From: Octopus vulgaris
Taxonomy: Eukaryota
NCBI GenBank assembly: GCA_951406725.2
Contig: OX597815.1
Span: 116,002,001 to 116,066,000 of the forward strand
Length of the DNA stretch: 64,000 nucleotides
Direction: 5' to 3'
Shown here: in pieces, positions 1 through 11,856 of the stretch
Position numbering within the stretch: the first letter of the stretch is position 1
Layout of the letters: every line of letters starts with the position of its first letter
Program-made: the position numbers and the translations under genes
Notes under the pieces: generated by a model
Told to the model about the DNA's origin: nothing
Seen by the model: the letters and a program-made list of their open reading frames with translations, nothing else
The model's database searches: none

Positions 1-8
1 TAGCGTCC

Positions 9-45
<37 letters not shown>

Positions 46-47
<2 letters not shown>

Positions 48-380
48 ACGTCCCTGTTTGTCATTCTCTCTGTCTCTCACATTCCCTGTGTGTCCATTTT
101 TTCCTCTCTCCTTCCCTGATATCAGCGGCCCTCATTATGTCACATTTCCTTGAACCTAACACTTTTGCATCCCTCTCATTTTATCATGTAATAGCCCAAC
201 CCCTGTAGATGGTTCATTATCGATTTTTATTGAAATCCAGTTAGCCTATAATTGAACTGGATGTTTGTTCAACATGTATACAAAGTTTGCTGAAGATTGG
301 TTCCTTGGTTTGGGTAACAAGATGGTAACAGACTGATGGATAGACAGACACAGACAAAAATTGCAATTTATATATAAGAT
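46..380. mobile_element. Possible non-autonomous Helitron/Helentron-like (DINE-1/HINE-type) repeat
   Basis: Follows a (TA)n tract; contains caaagtttgctgaagattgg, a (GACA)-like tract (gatagacagacacagaca) and ends tttatatataagat, a layout typical of such elements. Family assignment is by resemblance only. Confidence 0.3.
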
Positions 381-546
381 TCCTCTTATTGTTGTGGCTA
401 CTCTAATAAAAGTTCAATGTTGTATTTCAAGTTGAAGCCATTCTGGTACATAATCAGAGTTGTTGCAGAGACCAGTGTATTTAGATTTGTATGATTAGCT
501 GTGCAATGAAAGAATGTAGTCATCAGGTGGAATTCCATTGCAATCT

Positions 547-548
<2 letters not shown>

Positions 549-603
<55 letters not shown>

Positions 604-618
604 TGTGTGTGTGTGTGT
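549..618. repeat. (AT)n then (TG)n microsatellite
   Basis: Direct reading; explains the YIYIYI ORF at 538-753. Confidence 0.95.
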
Positions 619-628
619 ATTAATATAT

Positions 629-915
629 TATTTAATAAACACAATATATATTTTTATGTGCTACTATTAGTTTCATGTGCCGAGAGCATGCCAGACAGTA
701 TTAACATGTTTGGTGTCCAAGCACAATCATCAGGTACTGCCCACTTGTCATAATGAACTATCCCATGTGATTATAGGAGGACACCAGATGTTAAAAAACA
801 TGCTCTCGGCACATGAAACTAATAGTAGCATATAAAACATAGTGTGTTTATTAAATATTTATCTCTTACCAACTGGAGTACTTTTTTGTTGTGCTTACTG
901 TCATGGAACAATACA

Positions 916-917
<2 letters not shown>
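629..917. mobile_element. Fold-back element A (inverted arms 629-718 and 779-857, unpaired tail 858-917); putative Penelope-associated non-autonomous element
   Basis: gctactattagtttcatgtgccgagagcatg on the left is the reverse complement of catgctctcggcacatgaaactaatagtagc on the right; inner pair ttaacatgtttggtgtcc / ggacaccagatgttaa; flanked by (TG)n and (CA)n. Confidence 0.8.
658..737 (-). ncRNA. Degenerate type I hammerhead ribozyme-like motif
   Basis: Minus strand reads GTAC-CTGATGA-T-TGTGC...GCACA-T-GAAA-CTAATAG-TA-GCAC: intact CUGAUGA and GAAA core, near-palindromic helix III (ACUA-A-UAGU), GUA triplet, helix I GUAC/GCAC (3 of 4 pairs). Helix II closes on a non-canonical U-U. Confidence 0.5.
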
Positions 918-953
<36 letters not shown>

Positions 954-1178
954 TGATTTCATGTTCTGTTCAATTATATTAGTGATTTAGCATGGATCAA
1001 AACCAGAGTACAATTAAACCAGTATGCACCATGTTTTCTGTTGTAGGTATTCTTTGTTTTATTGGGTCAGTAGACAAGGATTTAACTAGCTGTTCATAGT
1101 TTGACCTGTTACATAAGATAAATGCTATAAGATGGAGCATTGGTATTCTAATTTAAAATAAAAGAATTGTTTGAGTTA

Positions 1179-1389
1179 CTGTAATCCCTCGACTATTGAA
1201 GGTGTTATGTTCCCCACCCCATGACTGGTGAAAATCTGCAAAGTAGAAATAGTACTGTGTATTTTTTAAAATTATTTTTGTAATTTGTATATATTTTATT
1301 ATAAATGCAAAGCAACATCACAGAGAAATCAATGTTAGCTTAAATAATAAACAGTGATAGATGAATCACAATATGGTGAGGGATTACTG
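1179..1389. mobile_element. Tc1/mariner (Tigger/pogo-like) MITE, about 210 bp
   Basis: Imperfect TIRs ctgtaatccctcgactatt / aatatggtgagggattactg; TA on both sides (1177-1178, 1390-1391). Confidence 0.75.
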
Positions 1390-4355
1390 TATACATGTAA
1401 AAAAAAGATGCATAAACTAGTTGCATTATGAGCTATTTATTTTGAGCCTGATCCTCAAAGGGACAAAAAATGAATTTAGGTACTGGATAGAATCTTTAAG
1501 CTGCCCCAGTGCAAGACTAAGAAGTATTTTTCAGTAAAATGTAAGTTTATAAATATCTACATAACATAAGGTTATAAGTATCTATATAACATCAAAGATC
1601 TGGTGCCTCCTGGTTAGTGTATCTTGTCTAGAAAAAATTCTTGTAAAGATCAAGAGGTTGTTTATGCCAATATTTATGAAAGAACAAACTCAACCTCCAA
1701 GATGGTCTCAGGACAACAAATATAAAAATATGCAGACATACATTAAAGCTGAGATTTTTGTGTTGATGGGTTTGCCAGGCAAGTGTAGATAGTATATTAG
1801 TGTCTTTGTCTTATCAGTATATCCCAGGAGGTTGTGTTGACAGCAAAGAGTTGGCATTTAAAAAAATATCATTTAAGGAGGCAAGAATAGAAATGATTCA
1901 TTCTTTCTTCAAAAGTGTTGTAACAGATGGGGGAAATTGGTCAAATAAGTTATGTAAATGGAATGCATTTGAGATGGGGAGGACTGGGTAAAGCCTAAGA
2001 GGTACTTTATCTGAGAATTTCGCAGAGAATAAAGACAATTATTATTATTTCATTTGTTTAATTCTAAAATTATGTAAATTTTTCATTTGACATTCTGTCA
2101 TTTAGGTATTCATTATCTTTTGTCACCTACTATATGTAAAGCAAATTGTTTTTATGCTTTGCCTTAAGCATAACTCACTCAACTTGCTCTTATAAAACTA
2201 TGTATCTTCAACTGATAATAACCTCATCTTTTTAACAATTATTTCTTAATAAAATATCAATTAATATTGATAATACTCCCTACTTATTGTAAAACTAGTG
2301 GATATTTTTGGTGGTTTGAATTATAATTGCTTGCTTTTGTTTTGTTCTACTTGATACAAAATCATAAACAGATAAAACAGATAAAACCATGATTAGTGAA
2401 GTTAGTGTTAATAGTGCATCAAAAGCCTAACTGGAAATTGTGAAAAAAAGACTTCACCATCTCAATGGCTGATATTTCTAGAATTTTGGAAAGTATGAAC
2501 TACAGCCCTGCATGAAATCAGTCTTAGACTTTTTCAGCAAAGCATTGACTTCACTGTACTTTGTTAAAGTATATAGACAGTATTGTATACAGACATGAAA
2601 AATTAGATGTATAAAAAATAAAATTGAGGTTATTTAAGCATTAAGATGTTTTTCACATAGATGACATTTGAGGAATTCACTTTAGTGATTTACTTTTATA
2701 TATGCTAACTTTTCATACTTACTTGTGCAGAGTATTGTAATTACTTGGTAGAATATTGTAATTGGCTTATGTCATTTCATCACTATTTTGGTAAGATGGA
2801 GTCCATATTTTGCTGAGGTGTAATAAAACTGAAACTTCTCTAGAGTTGTCTCTTGAGCTTGCCAAAATGATTAAAATAATATTAGTCATTGAGTTAATGT
2901 CTTTTCCTCACCACAATTCTAATTTTGTTTTTTATGCTCAATGTATTAAATATGTTTATACTGTTTTTCATGCAGGTGGCATCTCTGAGTAATCAATCTT
3001 AAATGATTTACTTTTAAAAAAATATACTGAACAGTTATACTAGAGTCTGCTGACTTTCTATGAAAACACTGTTTTACTTGTCAACACTATGTATTAGATT
3101 TTTGGTATTCAAGAAATTTTACTTCTGAGATTCATCAGAAGCAATAAAAATGTTCAGTTGGAAAATATAGCTTTCATTAGGATGGTTGACTATTATTAAT
3201 TCAATATATTACACCCAGTTATCTCACTATCTTATATTTAGGACCATTTCTATAGATCACAGACAACAAATAGAAGTAATACTGGATAATTAAACAATAA
3301 GATTCAGAATCTTAGTATCAGTGTTGGAAAACAAGAAGTTGATTATTTTTTTTAACATAAATATGAAAGTTGAAATTTTTTATGGAGGAGAAATAGGAAG
3401 TACAAGACTTAGCAAAAAGGTATTAATTATTATTATTATTATCATTATTATTATTATTATTAAAATGACGATCTCAATCTGAATTTCTTTTTCTCTTTCT
3501 CTCACTCTTTCTCTCTCCTTCTCTCTCTCTCTCCCTCTCTCTCTCCTCCTTCTTCCCTCCCTTCCCTGTTCCCCCCTGGTGTGTATGAAATTATTAATTC
3601 CCTGCCCTTCAATATACTACATGCTTATATTTTCTAAACTTTGGTATTTGGAGTCAGAAATAATTTCAATAATGAAACATTTTTTGTTATTTTCATATTT
3701 TAACGCAAGTCTCAAATTTCAGATACTTTGGATAAAGTTGCTGTTGAAATACTTGCAGATTTAATTATTGAAAACTCAATATTTTTTCTGTGATGCTCAA
3801 TGATGACTAAGATGAATTCTGTTGTCAAATCACTTAATATCTTTTCTCAGTTGATAATTACATTTATTGTCATATGTTACTGGTATTTGTTCCAAGGAAG
3901 TTAAGTTGACTGCAACAAGAATTGAACATAGAATAGTGATGTACTGAGTTTATATATTTGCTTAACATTTGCATCTAACATTCTAATAATAATACTGAGA
4001 GTTCTTTTTTAATGTCTTTTTTTTGTTATGGAAGTAGATATAGGGTATAAATATTGGGCTAAAAAACCCTTTGGATAAAAGCAGTCGAAGACTGCCTGTA
4101 AGATGTGAACTTATATGATAGGCATTTTACTATTGGATCAAATGAATCCATTGAATTCTCTATCCATTTTTAGAAACTTTATTCTTATCTGCAAGAATTT
4201 TCATATGAATTTGGAAACCTAGAGAGAACATGAAATAATTTTTTACAGAACAGTTTATCTCAAAGGAGATAAAGCTCTGAATTGTAGCATGTAAATATTG
4301 GCATATTTACATTATTTACATTTGATGGATATTTGTCCTTATCTTGTTTGTTGTT

Positions 4356-4401
4356 AACACAACGTTTTGGCTGATATACTCTCTAGCCTTCATCAGGTAT
4401 C
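4356..4401 (-). ncRNA. Minimal type I hammerhead ribozyme motif (G12 mutated to A)
   Basis: Minus strand: GATAC-CTGATGA-A-GGCTA-gagagtatat-CAGCC-AAAA-C-GTT-GTGTT. Helix III is the loopless palindrome AACGUU; GAAA is AAAA in this copy (CpG-type change). Confidence 0.7.
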
Positions 4402-4460
4402 TTAGGGAAATTTCGAACCTGGGTTCTCATTCCTAAGGTATTTTTCGATGTTATTATTCA

Positions 4461-4533
4461 GGTCACTGTCTGGAATCAAACTTGGAATCTTGGGGTTAGT
4501 AGCCTGTGCTCTTAACCACTAGGTCGTATACCT
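4461..4533 (-). promoter_or_regulatory. tRNA-derived head (degenerate Pol III A/B boxes), leftward
   Basis: 73-nt reverse-complement counterpart of 4536-4608. Confidence 0.65.
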
Positions 4534-4535
4534 GT

Positions 4536-4608
4536 GGGCATATGGTGTAGTGGCTAAGAGCACAGGCTACTAACCCCAAGATTCCGAGTTTGATTCCAGG
4601 CAGTGACC
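4536..4608 (+). promoter_or_regulatory. tRNA-derived head (Pol III A/B boxes), rightward
   Basis: A-box-like TGGTGTAGTGG, anticodon-loop-like CTACTAA, B-box-like GAGTTTGATTCC; 73 nt long; acceptor and T stems pair poorly, so not a functional tRNA. Confidence 0.7.
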
Positions 4609-4667
4609 TGAATAATAATATTGAAAAATACCTTAGGAATGAAAACCCAATTTTGAAATTTCCCCAA

Positions 4668-4713
4668 GATACCTGATGAAGGCTGGAGGGTATATCAGCC
4701 GAAACATTACGTT
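4668..4713 (+). ncRNA. Minimal type I hammerhead ribozyme motif (helix III and helix I damaged)
   Basis: GATAC-CTGATGA-A-GGCTG-gagggtatat-CAGCC-GAAA-C-ATT-ACGTT: core and 5-bp helix II intact; cleavage triplet and helix I 3' strand mutated relative to the other arm (GTT-GTGTT). Confidence 0.7.
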
Positions 4714-6924
4714 AACAAACAAGATGAAGACAAATATCTGTCAAATGTAAATAATGTACATAATTCCTCATCTCTTAAATATAGAACTGTAAATATTGAG
4801 TTAAAAAAAAAAAAAAAAGAAACCCTTGGATGCCATTATTTACAATCTTATCTGCTTCAAGCTAAACTGTTCCAAAAGTGTTATTTAATGTTCTCTTGAA
4901 GTTTTTAATTTATGACATCAATGTTGATACTGATTGAAATAAGGAGTTAGTATTCAAGTTTTGGTTTAGCTAGCTGATTATCACTTAAAAAATTAAAATT
5001 TTTGAGATTTATAGTTTTCTTCTTATCCATTAGTACTTTATTTTATTTTTAAATATAATTTTGCAGTGGCTACACACAGTTCTATTTGATTTAATTTCTC
5101 ATTTTACTTTCAAGGAAATTAACTTAAATGAAGTTATTTTTATTAAAAACTTCTGCCTGTACCACCATCTGAAGGAAAGTTCTTTCAATTTTCTTCTTTC
5201 AAGATGAATTACTGTGTTACACATCAATTGCGATTTTATGTAGACTTTCCTTTCTAATTTCCTATTCATGGTTTAAAATGAAATGATTTTAACTGCATTA
5301 AAAGTACATTTTTTTCTTTATATATTCTATGTTATAGCCAGCTCTTTTTTTATGCCCAAGCATTTAATTTATTCATTCATTTATTTATTCATTCTTAATC
5401 TGTTGAACACCAAATTAGCATGAGTAATATGAATTGAAGATCCTTTAAGGAAAGCTTGTGGAATTTCCTTTCTTTGTCGGAATGTGATATCTCCTTCATA
5501 GAATTAGACTCCTGTTAGTGCCTGCAGCTAATCTGCATCTTTTTTTATTGTTTCTGACTCATTCGCTATCCATTTGACCCATTTTCCTACTCTATATAGA
5601 AGTTGCATTGCTGTAATGGTGCATAGCTTGTTAATGGAATCGCTATGACAAAACTTTCACATGTGCAGGATTATTATTTGCTTTTATACAGACATAGATT
5701 CATAAATATATATCTTCTGAATCAAAGTGGTTCTACTTGTTTGTATTTATTGATATATTTGTTGGTATTCATTCTTCTAAATGACAGTATATTAATTTTC
5801 TCTATGTATATGATACCTAAACCAAGACAAAACAAAATACATTCTAGCAGCATGCAACAATGCACATGATTTTGTAAATATGCATGCACTTTTATATTTT
5901 CTTATGTTACTCTACTATTCTCATGTATTTCCTCTTGCATATTTATTGATGCTTACTCTATAAATCTATCCCTATCCTTGTTTTAGAGTGGTATTATAAT
6001 TACACATATTTATCTGGGATTTTTTTAAAGAGAACATTTTAATAAATAGTCTGACTTTGAAGTTACTATGTTGATTTATTTTGGTCAGTTCAAATTATTT
6101 AGTTATCAGGTTCCGTTTTTGCTTTATTGGTGAATTGTTAGGAGGAAATTAATTTCACTGTAGAAATAATTTTCAAAACATAGTTGTTTGTTTACATTTG
6201 CTTCACATCCATGAGGTTTTATCTTGCAATCCTTCTGCATAGCCCCTTGAACAAATATTTCTATCATAGCCTTAGTTTCATCAATGAAATTTGGAAGATG
6301 AAAACTTTGTGACAGCTTGTCATGTATATCTTTTGTCAATATACATTGGAAAAAGATGTATACTTCAGTGTGAAAACTGATAAACCAATGGGTTTGGACA
6401 AAATTACATTGTAGTTTGTATTCCAACCAAGTTGCATAAATATTCTTTTGTTATCCTCACCATTAAAGATGCAGTGACCCAGTGATTAGTCTGTTGGATA
6501 TATGACCAGCAACACTATTTTTCACAGCATAATATATGAAATAGAAATAGCTGGAAATACAATTTTTATTTTCTTTCTTAATCATCATGTTTAAGCATTA
6601 TAGAAATTTATTTAAATCTCCCTATGCATCTAAGTTTCTGTCTGCTTCTCTCTCTTTTCTCCCTGCCTCTCTCTTGCACACACAAATACATAAGCTTTAA
6701 TGAAATAAGAAACCTACAAAGATAACATAATCTTAATGCAGTTAGAAGTAAATTGATATTTATTCATATATTAATGCTCCTGCTTCCTAATGTATTTTAC
6801 ATGCATATCCTCGCATGTTATATTAGATTATCTTAACTCTCCTTTAGGGTATTGAGCACTCTATATCTATTACATAAAAATGTATCAGGAGACATTGGGA
6901 AATATAAGAAAGTGTGTGTGTATA

Positions 6925-7336
6925 CTTAGTTGTGTGATTTAGAAGATTGCATCTTAATCAAGTGATTTTGGGTTTAGTCCCACTCTGCAGTGCCTACTAT
7001 AGCTTGGTCTGATCAATGACTTGTGAGTGTGTGGATTTGGTACATAGAAACTGAAAGAAGCTCATTGTATCATCATACAGTTATACACACACACACACAC
7101 ACACACACGTGTGTGTGTGTGTGTTTGTGAGTTTGTGTGTACCCTTGTCTAGCCATGACATGATGGTTGTAAATGAGTATCATTTTGATACAAGTGGTGA
7201 AATTGTTTCCATTCTTCTGTAAAAATCATGTATAGGTTTAGAAAAATATTACCTTGCTTGGAAACAGGTGAGGGTTGGCACAGGGAGGACATCCAGCTAC
7301 AGAAAATCTGCCTTAAATTCTGAATGGATATTAACG
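6925..7336 (+). mobile_element. tRNA-derived SINE with central microsatellite and RTE-like tail
   Basis: Head gggtttagtcccactctgc, body ggatttgg...gaaactgaaagaagc, (CA)/(TG) tract, tail ccttgcttggaaacaggtgagggttggc; homologous to other copies in the window. Ends approximate. Confidence 0.8.
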
Positions 7337-10300
7337 TCTAATATTTTAAATAGAAATGATATTAAACATCATACATTTGTAAACAAAAAGTTGATATGAA
7401 AGTGTAGAGACACAGCTATGGACAGGAATGGAAACTCACTTCTCTTGCTTTGAGATATCTGGTTTAATGCTTCTACCTTGTTCTTGAGATGCTTTCAGTA
7501 AAGTCATTTTGTTATATGTATTTGTTTCCCAATATTCCTTGCAGTTGTTTAAGGTGGTATGTAGCCACATTCTTTTCACATCTGTCTGAGGAGACGTGAA
7601 AATAATATGAGCATTGCACTCTTATTTCCTGACTAACTTACAAGAATGTTTTTAAATAAAAGCTCATAAAATCTGTTTTGTATGACACTGAAACTGTGAA
7701 CTCAACTGTGGTTTTAGTAGTAGCAGAATAGTAGATTTTGTGGCAAGAAATATAGGTATGGAAGTATTTAGAGGTGGGGGGAAAAATCATGTAATTAAAG
7801 AATTGAACAAAGTATTTACTGCTGGATCTAGAAGAGGAAACCTAGCGTGAACAGTGAGAAAAAAAGCAGATGTTGTATTTGAACTTTATATTTGAATCAT
7901 TAGTTTGATGCATCTTAACTTCTAAACTAAGATACCAAGCAACTAGTTATTTTAGTGAAGTCTTTTATTGGTCATTAATAATTTTAAGCAAAGCAGATAA
8001 CAGCTGCTACTTTTGAGCAGAATTACAATAATAGATACTTTTCCTGAAGTTTGTACTTTACTGCATTGTAATATAAATATCTCTAATTGTAACATAGGTT
8101 GTTAGCAATTGCATTATTATTTATTGATTTGTGGTAATGATAAAGTAGTAGTAATGAAGCTGCATGAGATACTTTGCAGTTTCATAGAATTTCATTGCTC
8201 CATTACAGCTCTGAGCTAACATAATAAGTATCAAGTTGCTGAGATCAATTCAGTCAGTTTTCCTACACAAACACACACACACCCTTGTATCTAGTCAAAA
8301 AATATCAGTGTAATTACTGAAGTGTTGAACATTTTCAAGTTGAAGATTCTTTTAAGAACTGATTCTGTGACCCAGTTTCAATTTTTAATTACAGCTCTCT
8401 AATCTTGCTGAGAGAAAATGTTGTGACCAAATTTTGTGAAGATAGTCTTAATTTTCAGTTGCAATTATTCCACTTTATATAGGCTGCTAATGTCTTTGAG
8501 AAACAAAAATTATTGAATCTCATTCCCTTCAGTGGATAGGGAGTCTTTTACTTAGCAAAAATAAATCATGACCATTGGCTGAAGAAAGTTTTCCTCTGTT
8601 TGGATTGTAAATTGGTGTTCTGCTGCCCATGTTTCATTTTGTTGTTGGTAGAAAAATATCACTTAATTCTTCTTGGCTGAAGATTTCTGCCCAATTATGA
8701 CATACTATTGTAATATTAAATAAATCAACAAATAAATGTGTGTAGGTGGGTAGCCTGGCTTAATTCTGTAGGTAGTTGGCTCAGTTACTCTGTGATGTCT
8801 CATTCAGTTTTGTCATATATTAAAAAAAGTCTTTTACTTTTCATGCATTTTAAACTCAATAAAATAAATTTTGACCGAAAAAGAAAACAATTCCTTGAAC
8901 AAACATAATTCTCAAACCACTATATCATTACATTTTTCTACATTTGAATTTACTTTAGAAATTATAAAGATATGTTTATTTTTATTTAACAATACAATCT
9001 GTCATGTCCATTCTCCTCGGTACACATTATTATCCAAGATTGCCAGCTTCTAATATAGGTATGTGCACACACTCTCTTACTGTTGCATTTACTGATTCCC
9101 ACTGAAGAAACCTTATGATTGTGTGTATATGTTTGTGCCCATATGCGTGCACAATGAATTCTATGCTGGCTGATGTGTGTATGTATACATACACATACAT
9201 TTCAAGTAGAGGCTTGTGTTCCAAGAAATATTTCTCTTTCGTCTTGCTATATTGTATGTGTATGTGTGTGTGTGTATATGTGTGCATGCATTTGTATGTA
9301 TTGTAACTGCATTGATTTGTGACTTAGTCATTCATTGTCCTAGATGTTTCTATTTTATTTTATTACTTGTAGCTTGTTTTGTCCCATTTCTTTTAGTGCA
9401 GTGTGACTCTGCATTCCAATCTCTTTTATCCATATTTATTCTTGAATTCCATTACTGGCTGGCTCCTCTGCAACTGTTTGCTTTTTATTTCCAGTTGACT
9501 GATTCCTCGAGTCTCCCCTTACTCTTCTATTTTTCTGACACCATTACTCTCCAAGCAATATAAATTATCTATTAATAACATTTATTTGATATGGGAGATA
9601 TACTGTGTTTAAAAGAAAATTTAGTTATCAAAAGAAACATGTTGAATTAAATAACTGAGACAGAATAATGGTAAAGTATACTGTTTATAATTTTAGGTTT
9701 TTATCTACAGTTGGGATAGGTTCTATGTCCTAGTGTCTACCAAAAGATCATTGAAGGTTATAAATGAATGTATTAAATAAGCTTGAAGTGTGGAAGTGTC
9801 TAAAAGTCCTCTTCGTCTGCAAGCTGAGAGGTGTCAAAGACAAGATGAGACACTTTCAGGAATTGAGAGAGGCATCACTTAATAGTTTAAAACATTCCTG
9901 TCATACACTTTGAATTAATGTCATTTTTACTCTTATGTTTATTAGTGCTTGACTACATCTTAGATATTATTTGATTTATTGCATATATATGGGAAGTATG
10001 TAATATAATATTCAATATTAAATTTGTCTGAATTAGATTTTGTTCCATATCACTAACATCACAAAGAAAGAGAGAGAGAAAAAAAAAGAGGATAGGAAAG
10101 GGTTTATGAAAGAAAACTATTTAAAATGTTCTTAGGGTATTCTAATGTTTATTGCCATGGAGAATTTAGATTTAGACCTCAACCTCCATGCTGTCTGCCA
10201 TAATTTTTTAGTTTTCAATGCACAGAGTATCCCTTGTGTTGTTGGGTTGCTTGTAATTTGAAACTGTAGTGTTTAAAATTTTAATTGAGTGACCAGGCAG

Positions 10301-11520
10301 TAAGTTAATATTTTAGAGTAATGTATTTTACAGTCTTTGTGGGTACATTTAGACACAGAACATATTACTATTCAAATCTATAAAGCAACAAAATAATTAT
10401 ATACACCACTATATACATTTGTACAAAATTAGTGTTAACTTATTTAATGCAGGAAGCATCAAAATCATTATTTAAATTATTTTGTCAAGGATGGGAGACA
10501 ACTCAGAACATGTTTTGATCTTATGTCTTCCTCAGCAAAGGATGATTATCTGCAGTTGTTAATCTAATATTGTCTTCCTTTTCATCACAAGATAATAATT
10601 TTTTTGTTAGCTTTTTTTGCTGTTCCTTCATTAAAAATGTTAGTTCAACAACTGTTTTCATGCAGATGATGCTTGGATAATTATTTCTTTATACTAGTAT
10701 AAATTAGTTGGTTAGTAAAGATTTTGTATTTGCACTGAAGCTGGTATATGTGTAATGGATTGCTATTTCCACTAACAATTAAAATGAGATGGTGGTTATC
10801 TTTAGTTATGTATCAGGTCAGTAGTCTATTAGTCTAATATATTAATCCACTAAGTTTCTCTTCAAATCATTTATATTCCTGATATTTACTGTTATTTTAC
10901 TCTATCATTGGCATCTGTTGACTTTGAGAATTTGTTTCCATTGGATTTGTGTTCTAAGATGGTTGTATTAGCCTATTTCTTTTACCTTAAAGAATGCTGA
11001 CAATGAGGACTTAAGAATTGCAACTGAGTCAAATAACCATTATTGTTCTAAAGGAATCCTTCAGTCAGTGTGTCCTTCTGCTAGTATTTTTTATTAATGC
11101 TGCTTAAAAAGAAAACAAAAAAAAAACTGTTCTGCATCATACTGTTTTCTCCAGAGTGAACATTCAGATGCTTCAAATAGTCCACAAAGAAACATCAAGT
11201 AGCAGAAATGGTTCCAACTCTCTGTGCTCTGATCTCAAATCTTACCAAGGTCAACATTGCCTTTCATCTTTTCAGGGATGATAAATACCTCCCCCTATCT
11301 TTCTCTTTCTATATCTCTTTCTTTCTCTCTGAACTGTACCTGTAATTCAAATGTCTTGCCTTGTCACAGTGTCACACTCATTAAACCTGAGAATTGCATG
11401 AAAAGTACATGTTGTTAGTGGTACTTAGCATCATCATAATGTTCACTTTGTCATACATGTATTGGTCAAATAGAGGCATATGTTCTACAGGCAAGTGCCT
11501 TTGCTGTTGTCAACATTTAG

Positions 11521-11856
11521 CTGTTTCAAGCAAGTTAATGTTTACCTATAACCATGCATGTTTTTGCAGAATATTGGAAATGGATGACCCTGCTTGTTTG
11601 ACAGTGACACTTGTTTACAACTGTGAAATGATATCAAGACACGGAGATATAAATACAAACACTCACATGTGCACATACACACATACACATGCACACTCAC
11701 ATGCATAGAGTCTTCTTTAAGTTTCCATCTACCAAATCCATTCACAAGGTTTTGGTCAGCCTGGATATTGTAGAAGACCCTCGCTCAAGGTGCCACAAAG
11801 TGGTATTGAGCCTGAAACCATGTGACTGGGAAGCAAACTTCTCAACCACATTGCCA
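11521..11856 (-). mobile_element. tRNA-derived SINE (same family, RTE-like tail)
   Basis: tttccatctaccaaatccattcacaagg...aaggtgccac...gggaagcaaacttctcaaccaca is the reverse complement of the family head and body. Confidence 0.8.

Larger units (their letters stand above)
4301..4787. mobile_element. Palindromic tRNA-head plus hammerhead element (fold-back element B, full copy)
   Basis: Arms 4308-4533 and 4536-4758 are reverse complements around a 2-nt loop (gt); unpaired tail 4759-4787; 11-bp direct repeat tgtaaatattg at 4290-4300 and 4788-4798 (target-site duplication). Confidence 0.9.

Noticed and set aside
1560-2030. Ancient non-LTR RT remnant on the minus strand (similar hints at 37190-37400, 44390-44720, 56140-56270)
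   Set aside because: Only vague motif echoes across frameshifts; needs a translated HMM search, so not reported as features.
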